Assembly: GCA_951406725.2 (NCBI GenBank) | Contig: OX597814.1 | Coordinates: 168,020,001-168,084,000 of the forward strand | Source of the DNA: Octopus vulgaris | Taxonomy: Eukaryota | Direction of reading: 5' to 3' | DNA length: 64,000 nt | Shown here: positions 1-14,600 of the stretch, piece by piece | Layout of the letters: each line of letters begins with the position of its first letter | Position numbering within the stretch: position 1 is the first letter of the stretch | Notes under the pieces: model-generated | The model's database searches: none | The model's input: the letters and a program-made list of their open reading frames with translations, nothing else | Told to the model about the DNA's origin: nothing | Position numbers and translations under genes: made by a program

Positions 1-81
1 GAAGATGTGCATTCAGTAAGTTTGCTATGATTTTCAGTATTATGTGAAACCAGAAATAACTTACTTTGATTTCCAACACTA

Positions 82-82
82 C

Positions 83-113
<31 letters not shown>

Positions 114-205
114 CATATATATACATATATATATATACATATATATACTATATATATATACATATATATATATACATATATATATGCACACACACACATA
201 TTTAT
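82..205. repeat. (TA)n/(TACA)n microsatellite (others at 18007-18042, 21730-21773, 33845-33905, 52210-52258 and 58728-58770)
   Basis: Seen directly; it explains the YIYIY-type spurious ORFs. Confidence 0.95.
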
Positions 206-3200
206 ATTTCTCTCTCTTGTACCCCACCCATCTCTTACCCTCTCTGTTTGACCAGTCTAATCATGTACATAAATCCTTCACGAGTACAGAAGATGTATTT
301 TTTTATCTTGGTTGTGACTACAAATGATTTCTGTTTAGAATTCTCTCCAACAATACTGAACCTTATACACAGTAAATAAACTAGAGTTAGGGCTGGATAC
401 AATAATTATATGATAATCTAGTCTGATTTAGAATTACAAATTGTCTAACTGCATTCTTGAACTAATTACATATAAAGTCTTTACTTTCAGTGCATGCCAT
501 AAGTTTCTAAAACACAGTACTAACTTCTCAGAGTAGTCTACAGTATGATTTCTTGCCCATTGTTAGTATAAAAATTACTTTATTACATTCTTAGATTATT
601 CTATTAATTTCTTAATTTACTCTAATTCAGCTGCTGTATGTTGTATTTGCGTGCAGTTCATTATTCATTGACGTATAATTAGCATGTGCATGTATGCATT
701 CATCTGCAAATGTGTGCAGGTTTCTTTCTATCATCCCTTTTGCTCTCTTTCGTTTCTGAAAAAAGATAGACTCTATCAACTCATCTATCTCAACAGGATA
801 TATTACTTCAGGGCTGGTTACATTTCTAGTTCTGAATCTGTTGAAATCTGAAAAAGAGAACTTTGAAGTCTGGAAATATAGTTGAGTGGAAAAAAAAACC
901 GTGGTGAATATGGCTCAAATATTAGGTAGCAGTATGTTCATTAAAAGTATGATATTACCAGGTATTATGCTTTATATATTTTTAGTAGCTAAAATTTAGG
1001 AGTAATTATTTAGTTAACTGCTATCTCTGTTCGTGATACATAACTTTTCTCCTTGTTATGGAAGGCAAACTATATGAGGTTTTTAAAGAGTGTAATGCTA
1101 CATAAGATTAAAATTAAAAAAGGCAGGTTCATTAGCACACTGAGCAAAATGCTTAGCAGTATTTCATCTGTCTTTATGTTCTGAGTTCAAATTCTGCCAA
1201 CGTCAACTTTGCATTTCATCCTTTCAGGTTCCCTAAAATAAATACCAGTTCAGCACTGGGGTCAATCTAATCGACCTATCCCCCTGAAATTGCTGGCCTG
1301 GTGCCAAAACTTGAAAGCAATATCAAAATTATGCAGTACATGTTGAAGACCAGTAGTGATTATAAGAGAAGCAAGGCAGACAGTGTCTGTTCAATGTGTA
1401 ATAGCTGAAAGTGGAGATTAATTGAGGAACTGCCAAAGCATGGAAAACAATTCAGTGTTATGTGTCATGAAAGACAACTGCACTTTTAGGTGATGAGAAA
1501 GATGTTAGTAATAAAAATAACCCAAGGAAAATACTGAGGGATAATTCACAAATGATATTTAAGCTGAAGACACATGGAAAGATTCTATATAGCAAAACCC
1601 AGCTAATCACATGTCCAGTAGCTTAACTGCCATTTCACTCACTGCATTATATCCTCTTGGAGACCAATGTGATACTTATTATAACATTGTTTAGTTACCT
1701 GTACAGATTCTACACACTTTCCTAAAAGCAAAAATGCATGAATTGAGCACTGTAATGTTTTAGCACAAAGCCACAAATACACACACGTACACGTGTGTGT
1801 GTGTGTGTGTAAATGTGATAAAATGAAAAAAATATGAAATTGAATTAGTAGTTGAAACACAGTGCCACATCTGGATTAAATTTGATATGTATTTTAATAT
1901 TCATATTTTCTATTGTATTTTGTGTGAATATCTTTGCATGTATATTAGATTACATTATTTTAGCTCAACTTTAGTGTACTGAGCACTCTACTACATAAAG
2001 GTATACCAAAAGATACATTGGGAGATCTATAAATAAGTGTGTGTATGTGTGTTTATACATATATATATATGTATGTATATAGTTGATATTCTGTCTCATT
2101 GAGTCACTGAAACGCCATAGTAAACTCTGTTTTTACGTAGGGGCTAGAGCAAGCCAGTTCTCTTTGCTAAATCTACAAGAAGATTGGAGCTGAGTAATGT
2201 AAACTTATAAAACATTTGTTAATGATGCAATAATTCCTGTTGCTTGTAGCAGTGAGGTGCACTTCATCTATGGTATCCACAGACAATTAGGGGATCAGTG
2301 AAGTTAAGTATTAATGATTTCTCCTTTGCCAGAAACCATGTTTGTTACAGAATTTAAGGTATCAACCCTTCATCTGATAGGCTTGTGCTTCACTGACTAA
2401 GCAGCGTATGGTTTTTGAATGTATGTAAGGGGATATAGTGATTCAGCAAATCAAGGTACATTTCTCATGGTTTTTTTTTTTTTTCTGGGTGGTCAAGAGA
2501 AGTTATAAAATCACCTAAGTTTCAACAAGTTTGTACCATATGTTTATCTAATCTCCTGAGTTAAATTTCAAATGATTTATGAAATAATTCATTCTTGCTA
2601 GAAAATTTTAACATAATTTTAAAGTACCATGTTATTACAAATGTTCTTCTCTCTCCAGCATTACCATAATGATCTTGTCTCTGCTGCACTCTAGATGAAA
2701 AAGGAATTCACTAGCACATATGCACACTTCTGCAGACCCAGTTAAATCCATTTCCCTGTTATTTCACACTTTATATATCTTTTCATTGCCCATTCCCTAC
2801 TCCAATGAAGTTATTTCTAACAGTCACCAGAAAACTGCAACTCAATCATGTTGAAATTTGCTATCTATTGTTATTCTTTTTCACATGCTCACATTGCACA
2901 GACTTCCTCTCTCTATGTAGCTCTATATAGTGTGTGTATGTGTAACACATGCTACTCTCCCCTCTCTGTCTCTCTCTCTCCTCTCTTCCTTTTTCATTTC
3001 TATCTATTTCTCCCCATCTTTTCATCTGTCTTGATATTCAGTTATGGAACACAAGCAAGTAAGTATTGGAAACCAATTTTCATCTGGTTTCTATCTAAAA
3101 ATGTTAGGAGAGTTTCTTTCAAAGAAATATTTTCTCTTTTGTTTTGATTTTTGCTCTGATACATTTTTAAGGTAACAAAATGGTAGGTATCATAATAATA

Positions 3201-5621
3201 ATAATAATATCAATTACCTTTGCAGACTTCCATTTCCTTCCTAAATTAGTCCTAGATAGTTGAATTATTTAGAACTGAATGTGTTTCCCTAGCACTCACA
3301 CCTAAAACTGGACTAGATCTATCAAAATTAGACATTTTATAAAACATCTACAATATAAAAGATAAGATGACCTTCCTACATTTAGTACTAAGCCTTATTT
3401 TCCTAACATCAAAATATTTATAACCAAATTGGGTAAGTATCTTAAATATATATATATTTTTTTTTTTACTAGAAATATTTCATTTAATTGATGCATTAAG
3501 TTAATTATGTATTTATATACATAAGTCCTTTAAATGAAACTTTTAACAAACTAGACATTAAATTCATCTTAATGATTTAATTGCTATAAACATTTTTAAG
3601 TTGTGGATTATTCCACTTGTGACTATCTCATAAGAGTTCAGATCTAATGTATTAATGTACTTCATCCATAGCACATGTTTTAAAATCCATACTTGGTAGC
3701 ATTTTAGCCTTGGATTCCTATTCTACAGGTTCAGTTTATAAGGATGAGAAGTAAGAACTTTAAAATAGTGTTGATGTTCCTTGAAAAGTGTAGTGAGTTC
3801 ATATAACTCCAAAACCTCAACTGATTAAACATTTCGAATTTTTATAGTATTTTGAGGTGGTGGTGGGGGGGGTTATTTGGACTCTTTTAAATATTGTTTT
3901 CTTTTAACTGTTTTTAAAAATTCATTCTTTTTTACTTCGTGTTTGTTTTTTACTCTTTAAAAACAATTTTTTAATGCAGAAGTATTAATATTGCTACAAT
4001 CAATAGAAAATGGCATTTCTTCTATCTTCTTACTCATTTCTTGTGCTGATAATACATAAGGAATATTCGCGTAGGGACAATACATAAAAAGTTACAAGAT
4101 CTTTTTAAAATCAAAAGAGCTGAATAAGTAAAAAGGCTGTTTGAGAATGTCTTCGAGCAACAGATTCTAAGAAAAGCTTAATTGCTTTTATTGCAGCTTC
4201 AATGGAGTAGATTTCGATACACTTTGTGTTTATATTTATGTAAAATTTAATAGACAGATATCATCATCATTTAACATCCGTTTTCCATGCTGACATGGGT
4301 TAGGCGATTTGACCAGAGCTAGCAAGCTGGAGAGCTAGACCAGGTTCCAGTCTGATTTAGTTAAGTATCTATGACTGGATGCCCTTCTTAACACCACTTT
4401 ACAGAGTGTACTGGATGCTTTTTACATGGCACCTGCATGGGCATTTCCTATGCGACCTGGCATGGGTGAAATTTACATGGCACCTGCATGGGCATTTCCT
4501 ATGCGACCTGGCATGGGTGCTCTTTACATGGCACTGGCTCAGGTGCTTTGTGCACAGTATCAGCACAGGTGCTTTTTACATGACACCAGCACAAGTGCTT
4601 TTTATGTGGAACCAGCATAGATAGAAGCACTGAAATCTAAATCATCATTTTTTTTCATTATGAAGTTTATCTGACATTTCATAAATCATATTGGTTAGAA
4701 AACAATTATTTAATAAAAAGCCATTTGAAATATTTACAAACCTTATGTTTCAGTGAAAATATGTAACAGTCATGTCAACACATAAGGTTCTAAAAACTAC
4801 TTCAAAATATGTAGGAAATAAACTCTACATTTTTCTCACTGCATGCATTCGTGCACGTATGTGTGTGCACCTCTGTGTATCTGTAAAGAATAATCCTTTT
4901 TAAACCACAAAAACCTTAGTGCCAGTGCCCAGTTTTCCTAATGCTGAATAAATGAGAAATAAATCTTCAGGTTAGGATATACTTTGCTTTGGCATGAGCT
5001 TAATGTAGTATCTGTGACAGTAAGACTGCTATCTTATGCTTAAATAATAGCACTCTAACATGGTTTAGTCATTTGTATAATTAACCCCACCACTTGGTCT
5101 TGTGATGCTTTTAGCAAAATTCATTTTAATACAAACATTCAGGTTATGTCTCTGATTTTAGGATAATTTCCTCCATCAGATTTAGAAGCCCTGAAAAAAG
5201 AAGTGGTGCAGTCATAGTTATTGCTTGCCCTTCCCTCCCTAACTAAGCAATGCAAAAAATGATATGCAGTAAGGCATGTACATGTGTACACACATGCATA
5301 CACACATCCAGTCACAAACACACACACACATAAGTGTATAATGTACATGAGATATCTACACATATGTATATAAATATTACACTTGGAATCATTTCATGGG
5401 TTAAGTAAGAGACATAACTGACATCAGGTAATGATGAGTGACCTCAGTTTTTTAACAAAGAATTTGATTTGATTAAACAAATTAGATAAGTACAAACCAA
5501 TGACTGCATAGCATTTAACTATCCCTTGCTACAGACAGAAGAGATTTAGAGTTTTTTTGTTTGTTCTTTTTATATACTTAAATTTGGTTTTCATTTTATA
5601 TTCTTTTCTCTTTCTTTATAG

Positions 5622-8600
5622 ACATTAGATGCTGATTACTCAAAAAACCAAGAACCTCTTCTTGGAGTATTATCACATATGCTCTCTGGGAAAAGTTTTG
5701 AACTAATTCTTGCAGCTGCTGCTGCCACTGGAAAGCTGCAAAGCTTTGCTATCAAGCTAGTCAAGTAAGTATCATTGATTTAATATTCATAATTTTACTG
5801 AATCAATTATCCCTTTAGCATTTAAACCAGTCATATACAGCTAAAATATTCTATCTTTTTATGTTAAAACTGGACAGATGTGACTTCCCACGCCAACCCT
5901 ACAATATTCTAAAAATAAACAATCATATCAAAATCTAAAAGCTACAATATATTGCATAATTAATTCAAAACAATGTGAATAAATAAACATTACCTTTGAC
6001 TGGATAATGTGGATAAGGTTAAAGATGGTTTTGTTATTGATTTTAAATTGTCTGATTATTTTAAGTAATCTTTGACAATACTTTAATTAGGTATCTCATG
6101 TGAATATTAATTTAAAAGACAAGATTTTAGTCATCTTTTATTTGAGAATAATGAGTGCTTTATGTACAGGTGTAGGTGGCTGCAATGGTTTTGATTATTT
6201 TAACTAGCACACCTCTTGGACATCACCCCGTAGATGTAAAGCATTCTTTCAGCATTATAATGGTTAAGTTATTAAATTATTCTGCTATACTGGTTTATCA
6301 ACAATGATTGGTGCCATGAAAAAGTACCTGGTACACTCCTAAGTGGTTGTCATAAGGAAAAGCATCCAGCCATTGAAACTTTGCTGAAGCAGTCATTGGC
6401 ACCCAACACAGACTCCTGGCTAGTTGGATCTTGTCAAATCATCCAACACATTCCAGGATGGAACATAGACTTTAAATTCATCATTACCATAAGCAGTAGA
6501 GTCACAGTGATTTGAAGTCTTATGTGAGAAAGTGCAACTAATTTTCTACCAACTACATTAATAATTGTTCATTAATAGTAAACTTGCTAAATAGCCAAAC
6601 TTTTGCTGAATAACAATTTCCATTGAGTCTTGCAGTAACTCGATGTACAATAGTTTTTATATTCTAAGTTTTAGGAGTAATATCATCATCATTATCATAT
6701 GTCCATTTTTCATGCTGGCATGGGTTGGATGCTTTGAGGAGCTGGCCAACCAGAGAGCTGCACCAGGCTCCTACTGTCTGTTTTTGGCATGGTTTCTATG
6801 GCTGGATGCCCTTCTTAGTGCCAACCACTTGGTACTTTTTACATGGCACCAGCTAGGGTACTCTTTATGTGGCACTGGCATAGTTACTCTCTACATATCA
6901 CCAGCACAGGTGCTCTGTACGTACCACTGGCATGGGTGCCTTTTACATGACACTGGCACAGATGCATTTTATGTGGCATCAGCATGAGTACTTTTTACAT
7001 GACACCAGCACAGGTACCAACATAAATATATCAGAATAGATATGTATAAATTTAAAACTTACTTAAACTTTAGTCTGTGGTGACCCCTAGGACTCATTAA
7101 GGTTGGAGCTTAACCCAGTTTAAATAGCTGAGATTTATAAGACTCACTCCTGAATGGGCTTGGATGCCAGCCCATCACAGGATTGACTTCTCAGCTATTG
7201 CTGGAGCTCATTTACATTTGAGTAGATTGGGGCAACATGAAGTGAAGTGTTTTGCTCAAGAATACAATGCACTGCCCAGTTAGGGAATCAAAACCACAAT
7301 CTTATGATTGTGAGTGCAAAACACTAACCACTAATATTATGTATAATTAAGCATAATTATGTAGTTTCATGTAAGTAAAAAAATTTTTTTTTAATGAAAA
7401 TACAGAACTTCACTATTTTGAATTCCAGGCATGGTTGTGTGGTTAAAAAGTTCACTTTGTAACCATGTGGTCTCCTGTTCAGTTTGACTGTGCAGCGCCT
7501 TGGACAAGTGTCTTTTGCTTTAGCCCTATGCTAACCCAATGCCTTGTGAGTGAAATTGATTAGACGTCCATTGTATACACACATGCGCACACATATATGT
7601 ATTATTGTGTGTGTGAAATATCATTTCCAGTGCGTGTTACATCCCATAGCTCTGCAGTTTCAAAGTTTAGTACAATAAGACAAAACAAAACAATCCCTTA
7701 CATGAAAAATAGCTATGGGTTGTCAACAGGAATTGCATCCAACTGTAAAATAAGTATCCATTCAACCTATGCCTGCATGCAAAAATGCACATAAAATAAA
7801 GAAATGAATATCTACCCTTAATTTTTTTTATTCTATGTATTTCCTATATTTTATTCTAGGTTTAATGAATTTGCACGTCAAGCAACTGGTGAGGGTGGAA
7901 AAGCAGCCAATACAAGAGCTTTGTTGTTTGACATTTCTTTCTTAATGTTATGTCACATAGCACAACTTTATGGTGCCGAGGTAATTATTTTGTTGTTATA
8001 TTAATAGCACTGTATTTGCCAGTGTATATAAGATGCACTCTTGCTTAAAACACACACCTATTTTACATGTATATTTAGGAGATGGGGGAGAATAAATTTA
8101 ATGAGTTTCATCATACCACTTATTGAAAGATATTTTCAAGTGGTTTTGTATGTGAAAAATGCATGATTCTGTGCATGCAAATACAATGCTGAGACAGTAT
8201 ACTGGAATGGAGTATAAAACTATAAATTTATCATAAACAAGCTACATTATATGAGTACCATGTTTAATTTTATCTATTTTCAGATCAGCTATATAATTGT
8301 TTATAGGTTGGTCAAGAGAATTTCCATATGGGATGTAAAACTCATATTTTTGACTGTGATGTTTTGTATTCCCACAATCAGTCACCAGGGTGGTGCACCA
8401 TAACTATGGTTTTGTTATCGTCCCCTCATTGCAAATAGCTAATTGGTGAATGAAAATTTAACATTCTTTTCATCTTTCTAAGAGAATTTTCATTTAGATA
8501 ATTAAAAAATGTTTCTTAAAAGTGATAAAGGATAAAGACCCCCTTCGGTCATGAATTACCACAAGATTGCACCTAGAAAGCTCCCCTCTGAGGCACAAGT

Positions 8601-11600
8601 CTGGGCAAGGTCGTTTATGGAAGACCAGCAGTCGCCCATGCATACCAACTTCCCTTCTCCATGCCACTGATGTTATCCAAGGAAAAAGCAATGACCAACT
8701 CAGCTTGGCACCAGTGACATTGCAACTCATTTCTACAGCTGAGTAACTGGAGCAGTTTGAAATAAAGTTTCTTGCTCAAGAACACAACACACAGCTCAGT
8801 CCAGGAACTGAACCCACTACCTCATGATTGTGAGTCCAACACTCTAACCATGTGCCTTCCCAAAGGTGACACAGTCGTTAAATAATGTAAGGCACATATC
8901 AAGTGTGGGTTATGTATGCTTGGTTATGTATGTGACCTCTCCACATAACTTTTGACATATCATTAGCAATTTTCCAAAAGATTGTGGTTAGAGACTGTGA
9001 TAGTTTGGCTTGTTTTCAGTGTTGTATTATTAATAACAACAAACAAGATGAGGACAAATATCCGTCAATTGTAAATAATGTTGCAATATATTCTATGCTT
9101 CACAATAACCTGGCTGTTTCTGACAACTATCATTAATTCTTTATCTTCATCTTGAATTCCTGCAAAGGGATCATTAAATAAAATGCTTTTATTCATCCAA
9201 GAATCAAAAAACTTTTTGACTGTAGCTGAGTGTCCTGGATTTTATCTAAAGGCATTTCCAACCCTTAAACTATCATCCACTCTTCTCATTTTTAAATGGA
9301 TTTATTAGGATATGCCAAAACCTATTCCAACCAATTCAAATATCAGCAGAAATAAATCTGTTCTGATGCACATTACATCTGCAACATAGAGTTCACTTCT
9401 TAGCTTCATCAGCTGCCTCTTTCATTGAATCCTTCATTTTAATACTGATTCAGTGATTGAGGCCAAATATTATATTCAAATTTTCAAACACAAATGACAA
9501 CTCAGCTATTACTCTTGAAACATTGTACCCTAGAATTAGCTCATTTTCTTTTGACATCTGCTTCCTTCTCATACTACTGAATACCAAACTATCACTTTTA
9601 CTTTAAACCTATGGTAACTTCAGCCTTTCATTCTTATTAGAAGTCACCAAAAAGGCTTCCTAAAATGTTATAACTCTCTGTTATCATGGAAAAGTATGCA
9701 CATGATTTAACGAAGTATGACATAAAAAAAATTCACCTGTTTTCTTAGAAATACAGTAATCCCTTGACTATTGCAGATGTTACACTCCAAAACACCCTGC
9801 GATAGGTGAAAATTCATGAAGTAAAAACAATACTGTACTGTATATTTTATTATTTTTATAATTTGTATGTATTTATTTTATTACAAATGCAAAAACAACA
9901 CCAATGTAAGCTTAAATAATAAACCATGACAGGTGAACCACAATATGGCGAGGGATTACTGTACTCATAATTTCCATGTTGGCCATAACTTTATACATTT
10001 TTTGGTTGGCTGCCTGTCTGTCATACACTTCATTAATTCTGATGTCCTACAAACTATCTGTTATTTTACCAATTCTATTTATTATCTGTCTTATCAGACA
10101 TCTCTAATTTTATTCACAACCTTTCATTCATACCCATTAATTATCTTTTCAAAATTATAGATAATTACTTCAAGTCCTGATTGCTCGGAGTCTTTCTTTG
10201 CTCAATGGTCAATGAAATGTCTGCCAGAAGATGGTAAATACAAATGTATAGAGAATAGCAGTCCTAGTGACCAACACAAAGTTGACTTGCTTTTAAACCA
10301 GTTTACAAATGGAGGGGAACATAAAAACAGGTAGGAACTTCAAACTTTACTGCAAAATAGATTTTTTAAAATCAGTTTTAAACTTTCTTTTTGAGTAATC
10401 ACTATTTTCTGATTGTCATGTATGAGTAGGTGCTGAAAGTTCCTGGTTTTAAGGGTGTAATGGAACTGGTTAATTCTTTACACTGTTCGGGTGCAACCTA
10501 TTTCCTTTCTTTAATTTCCAGAATCTACCAGTCAGGAACAAGAACGCAACCATAAAAATATATATACTCTTTATTTCTTATTTACAAAAGAAGTACGTTG
10601 GTATATTGGTATCCACTTGGTTCGATATAGCAAGGCTGAACTTTAACATTTGTAAGATTCTTACAACAAATTCAGCAGCAACAGAGCAGGTCAAATTCTA
10701 AGCGTCTGGGACAGGAGAATGGCTGATCACACGTTTAACACGTCCTTTCGCTTCAATAGCCGTGTCTCAAGTCAAAGACGCTAACAAGGAACGCGATAGA
10801 ATTTTCTTCCCCAGTCTCTTGCGCATGTGCATGAGGGAACTTCCTTAGGCCTTTCCAGAAGGTTCCAGCCCTGCACACGCACACTGAAGAATGACATTCC
10901 GCACACGCACACTGAAGAATGATGTTCCGCACACGCACACTGAAGAATGATGTTCCGCACACGCACACTGAAGAATGACGTTCCGCACATGCACACTGAA
11001 GAATGACGTTGCGTGTGCGCACACTGGAAAATGACGTCACTAAAAAGGTATTGTGAAAGGCCTGGTTGGAGGCCCAACCATCTAAGTTCTTTTACATGGC
11101 TTAAAAAAACTGGAGGACCACTGCAGTAAGTGTATAAATCTGAGTGGGGAATATGTTCAATAAAATCATAATTAACTGATCTTCTGTATTTTCTTTTACT
11201 CAAAGCCAGGAACTTTTCATCACCCCCTCATATTACATCTTCTCTCTAAGCTGTAGGGCTACTTTATTTGAATTCTTACTGTTGAGTAACTAATTTCATG
11301 TTATTACATAACTGACTTCACAATTTGGGTATTTGTAACTAATTGGGAATTCCTAAAGACAAGATCCTGTGTAAGACAGTTCGGTATCCTCTCTAAATGC
11401 CAAAAAACTCTTTTACAGTCTACATATTTTGTATTGTTGTTATTGGATTAGCAAAACAATTATGCTTTCCTGGGAATTACTGGGTACGTCAGATAGTATA
11501 TATACACACACATATATGTGTCTGTCTGTGTGTGTGTGGTCATGTCATGCTGATATTCCCTAATAACAAGAGCACTGTGGCCATGCACTTTCAAAGTTTC

Positions 11601-14600
11601 ATGGAGTATAAAAACATATCCCTTACTTGAGAGACAGGTATGGGTTAGCTACAGAAAATGCTACCTCAGATAAGTGCCTGTTCTACTCATGCCAGCATGG
11701 AAAAATGAACAGATGATATGTGTGTGTTAATACATACATACATAGATACATACAGACAGACAGACAGGCAAGAAGTCTCAGTTCATGCTTGTGGTAATGT
11801 GTAATAGTAGTTATTTTTGTGATTTGACCGAGGTATCTTTAGGCAGTTACAAGGAGACTATGTTCAGTAATAGGTAGCAATATGTTAAAGACTCCACCTG
11901 AACATCATATTTTTATATTGGATGATTTTTAAATGGTTTATTTAAAATATTTCATATTTTTATATTGACCTATCTTATTGCAGTATGGCTCGCTGGCACG
12001 AAATCTGTATGAATGCTCCATTTGCAATGCAAGAAGTTCTGTTTGCATGGGAACATGGTGCTTTATCTGCTGATAACGTTAAGGTAATTATCATCATTTT
12101 GTAGTGTTTTGTTTTGTTTTTCCTTTTGTGAATGCTTATTTTAATATATTTTATTTATTTTTAAAATTGTCTTTTTAATTAAATCAATGGATTTTTAAAA
12201 GCTTATTTTTAAGTATAGCTAAATTGACAAACCTATTAGCTGAGGCCTTGAGTAGCTATGTATGTTAAGCTATGTTTCTTTGGATCTGAAGACAAAAGCA
12301 CGGTTGAATATAATGGAGGGAAAACAAATGTAGATTTCGTGTTTATCTACACAGAAGATTGGTCAAGATAAAAAATGGAATTGTATTTATTGGACACTAC
12401 AGATCGATTAACATTGTCAAGAAAGTTGACAAATGTCAGGATGAATTTAACTGCAGGTTAAAAAAAATCTTCAGCAAAAGAAATAAAAAGGAGGGAGCTA
12501 CAGGCCCAAGGCAAAGCTATCTGCACTATTGCTATAGTCTTGTTAAACATAAACATGAAGCAAAAAAAGCAATAATAGAAAGTGTTTTTAAGTTTATGAG
12601 AAAAAACTATGCATATTCACCCATCAGAGCAGCTGTGTGGCTTCCGTGCCAGTGGCACATAAAAAGCACCATTTGAGTGTGATCGTTACCTGCGTTGCCT
12701 TACTGGCACGTGAACAAAACATTCGAGTAAGGTCATTGCCAGTGCCGCTGGACTGACTCCTGTGCAGGTGGCACGTAAAAAGCACAATTTGAGCGTGGCC
12801 ATTGCCAGTACTGCCAGACTGGCCCTTGTGCTGGTGGCATGTAAAAACATCCACTACACTCTCGGAGTGGTTGGCGTTAGGAAGGGCATCCAGCTGTAGA
12901 AACCCTGCCAGATCAGATTGGAGCCTGGTGCAGCCATCTGGTTTGCCAATCCTCAGACAAATCGTCCAACCCATGCTAGCATGGAAAGCAGACGTTAAAC
13001 GATGATGATGATGAACATTTGATCATTTGTAGAGTAAATATGGACTGGAAGTTAAAAAGTTGAAGAAATCAGTATTTAAAAGTAGATTTAGTGTGATTTT
13101 CATTATTTTAAAACTATTTTGTACTCGTTGACTTCTTTTTATTGAAGATGTTTTTACATTATTGCTATGGGTGTTGTTTTCTGAAGTAAATACAAAGTAT
13201 GCCAGTATGTTGTAAATATTTTTACTGCATTTCTTTATAGAGTTTTATATTTTTAAACCAATTTATTTTGAATATGGATTTTTTTTTAATACAGAATATA
13301 TTAGATTGTGTAAAGAAAAAGATGTGCTGTCTACCTGTCGTAGTATCAGCCTGGTTATGTAGTTACATGAACACAGTTGGTGAAGAAGCTCGATCAAAAC
13401 CACATAACATGCTTGAACAACTCAGTCGTGTTAATCCAGATTCCCAAGGACAATATCCATCAGAAAATTATCATGAAAGGTAATTATCATTTCCTTGTTG
13501 AGTAATGATACAACACTTAGCATGTCTTTTAAGTTTGAATTATTCATTAACAAAATACAGTAAACTTACTTTTCTCCAATCTCAGCTAATGCTATTGTTG
13601 TTAATGTATTTTTTTTTTTGAGATGCTTTGTGTTTCTTTCAATTAATTTTAAATATAACAAAGAATTTTGTAAAATAACTTGGTTACCATTCAGCTAGTG
13701 TTAGGAACATAAATTGTGACTAAGGTTTGGTGGAAGATTTTAATTCAAAACTTATGAAAACAAGACATTTGTACTCAGAGCCAGAGCCGGTTTCAGCCGG
13801 GTTGGTAATGAAAGGGTTAAAGATTTTGCCTGCACACTAATAATCCCCTAAACTTCTTTGTATTTCACATTGTCCACTGCTATCATATCTTCTCCAGCCA
13901 TCTAACGAAATAGTCTTTGGTTTGTGGTTTTTTTCACACAGATGGCTTTTTCAATGCATCTGGTACACTTACAATGTTAATTACTTGCACAACATGAATA
14001 TGGCTGAATTGCTGATCCAACTTTTTTTCACCCTGAACACAATCATCATCGTCACCAACATCATTATTTAACATCCATTTTCCATGCTGGTGTGGGTAGG
14101 ACAGTTTGACAAGAGCTGCCTGGGCTCCATGTCTGTTTCAGCATGGTTTCTGTGGCTGATCCTCTTCCTAATGCCAAACACTTCACAGAGTGTACTGGGT
14201 GCTTTTACATGACACCAGCACCCACAAGCCCACAAGATAAGGATAGCCATTTCTAAAATATATATATATATTAGTGACCATTGCAATGATTTCTTCCCCT
14301 CTAAGCTTGCTCACTCTATCCAGGACACCTGTTTGAATATTGATTTCAAATTTTGGTACAAAGTCAGCAAGTTTGGGGGTGGGGTAAGTCAATTACATCA
14401 ATCCCAGTGTTCAATTGTATTTCTTCTCTTGAGCCCAAGGCCTCATAAGGCTGGCTACCCAGTTTCCAAATGGCAGATCACAACACTCCCCTTGAATGGG
14501 ATGCTGCTCCGTTGCCAGGTTCGAGGTCAGCAATTTTGAGGGGAGGAGGACAAGCCAATTTCATCAACTCTAGTAGTTGACTAGTACTTTATTTTATCAG

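Noticed and set aside
44-379. YIYIY-rich ORFs
   Set aside because: Artefacts of the (TA)n microsatellite.
10753-11203. Cys-rich repetitive ORFs (also 40124-40924 and 44279-44775)
   Set aside because: They are translations of minisatellite or LINE-UTR tandem repeats, with no splice or homology support.
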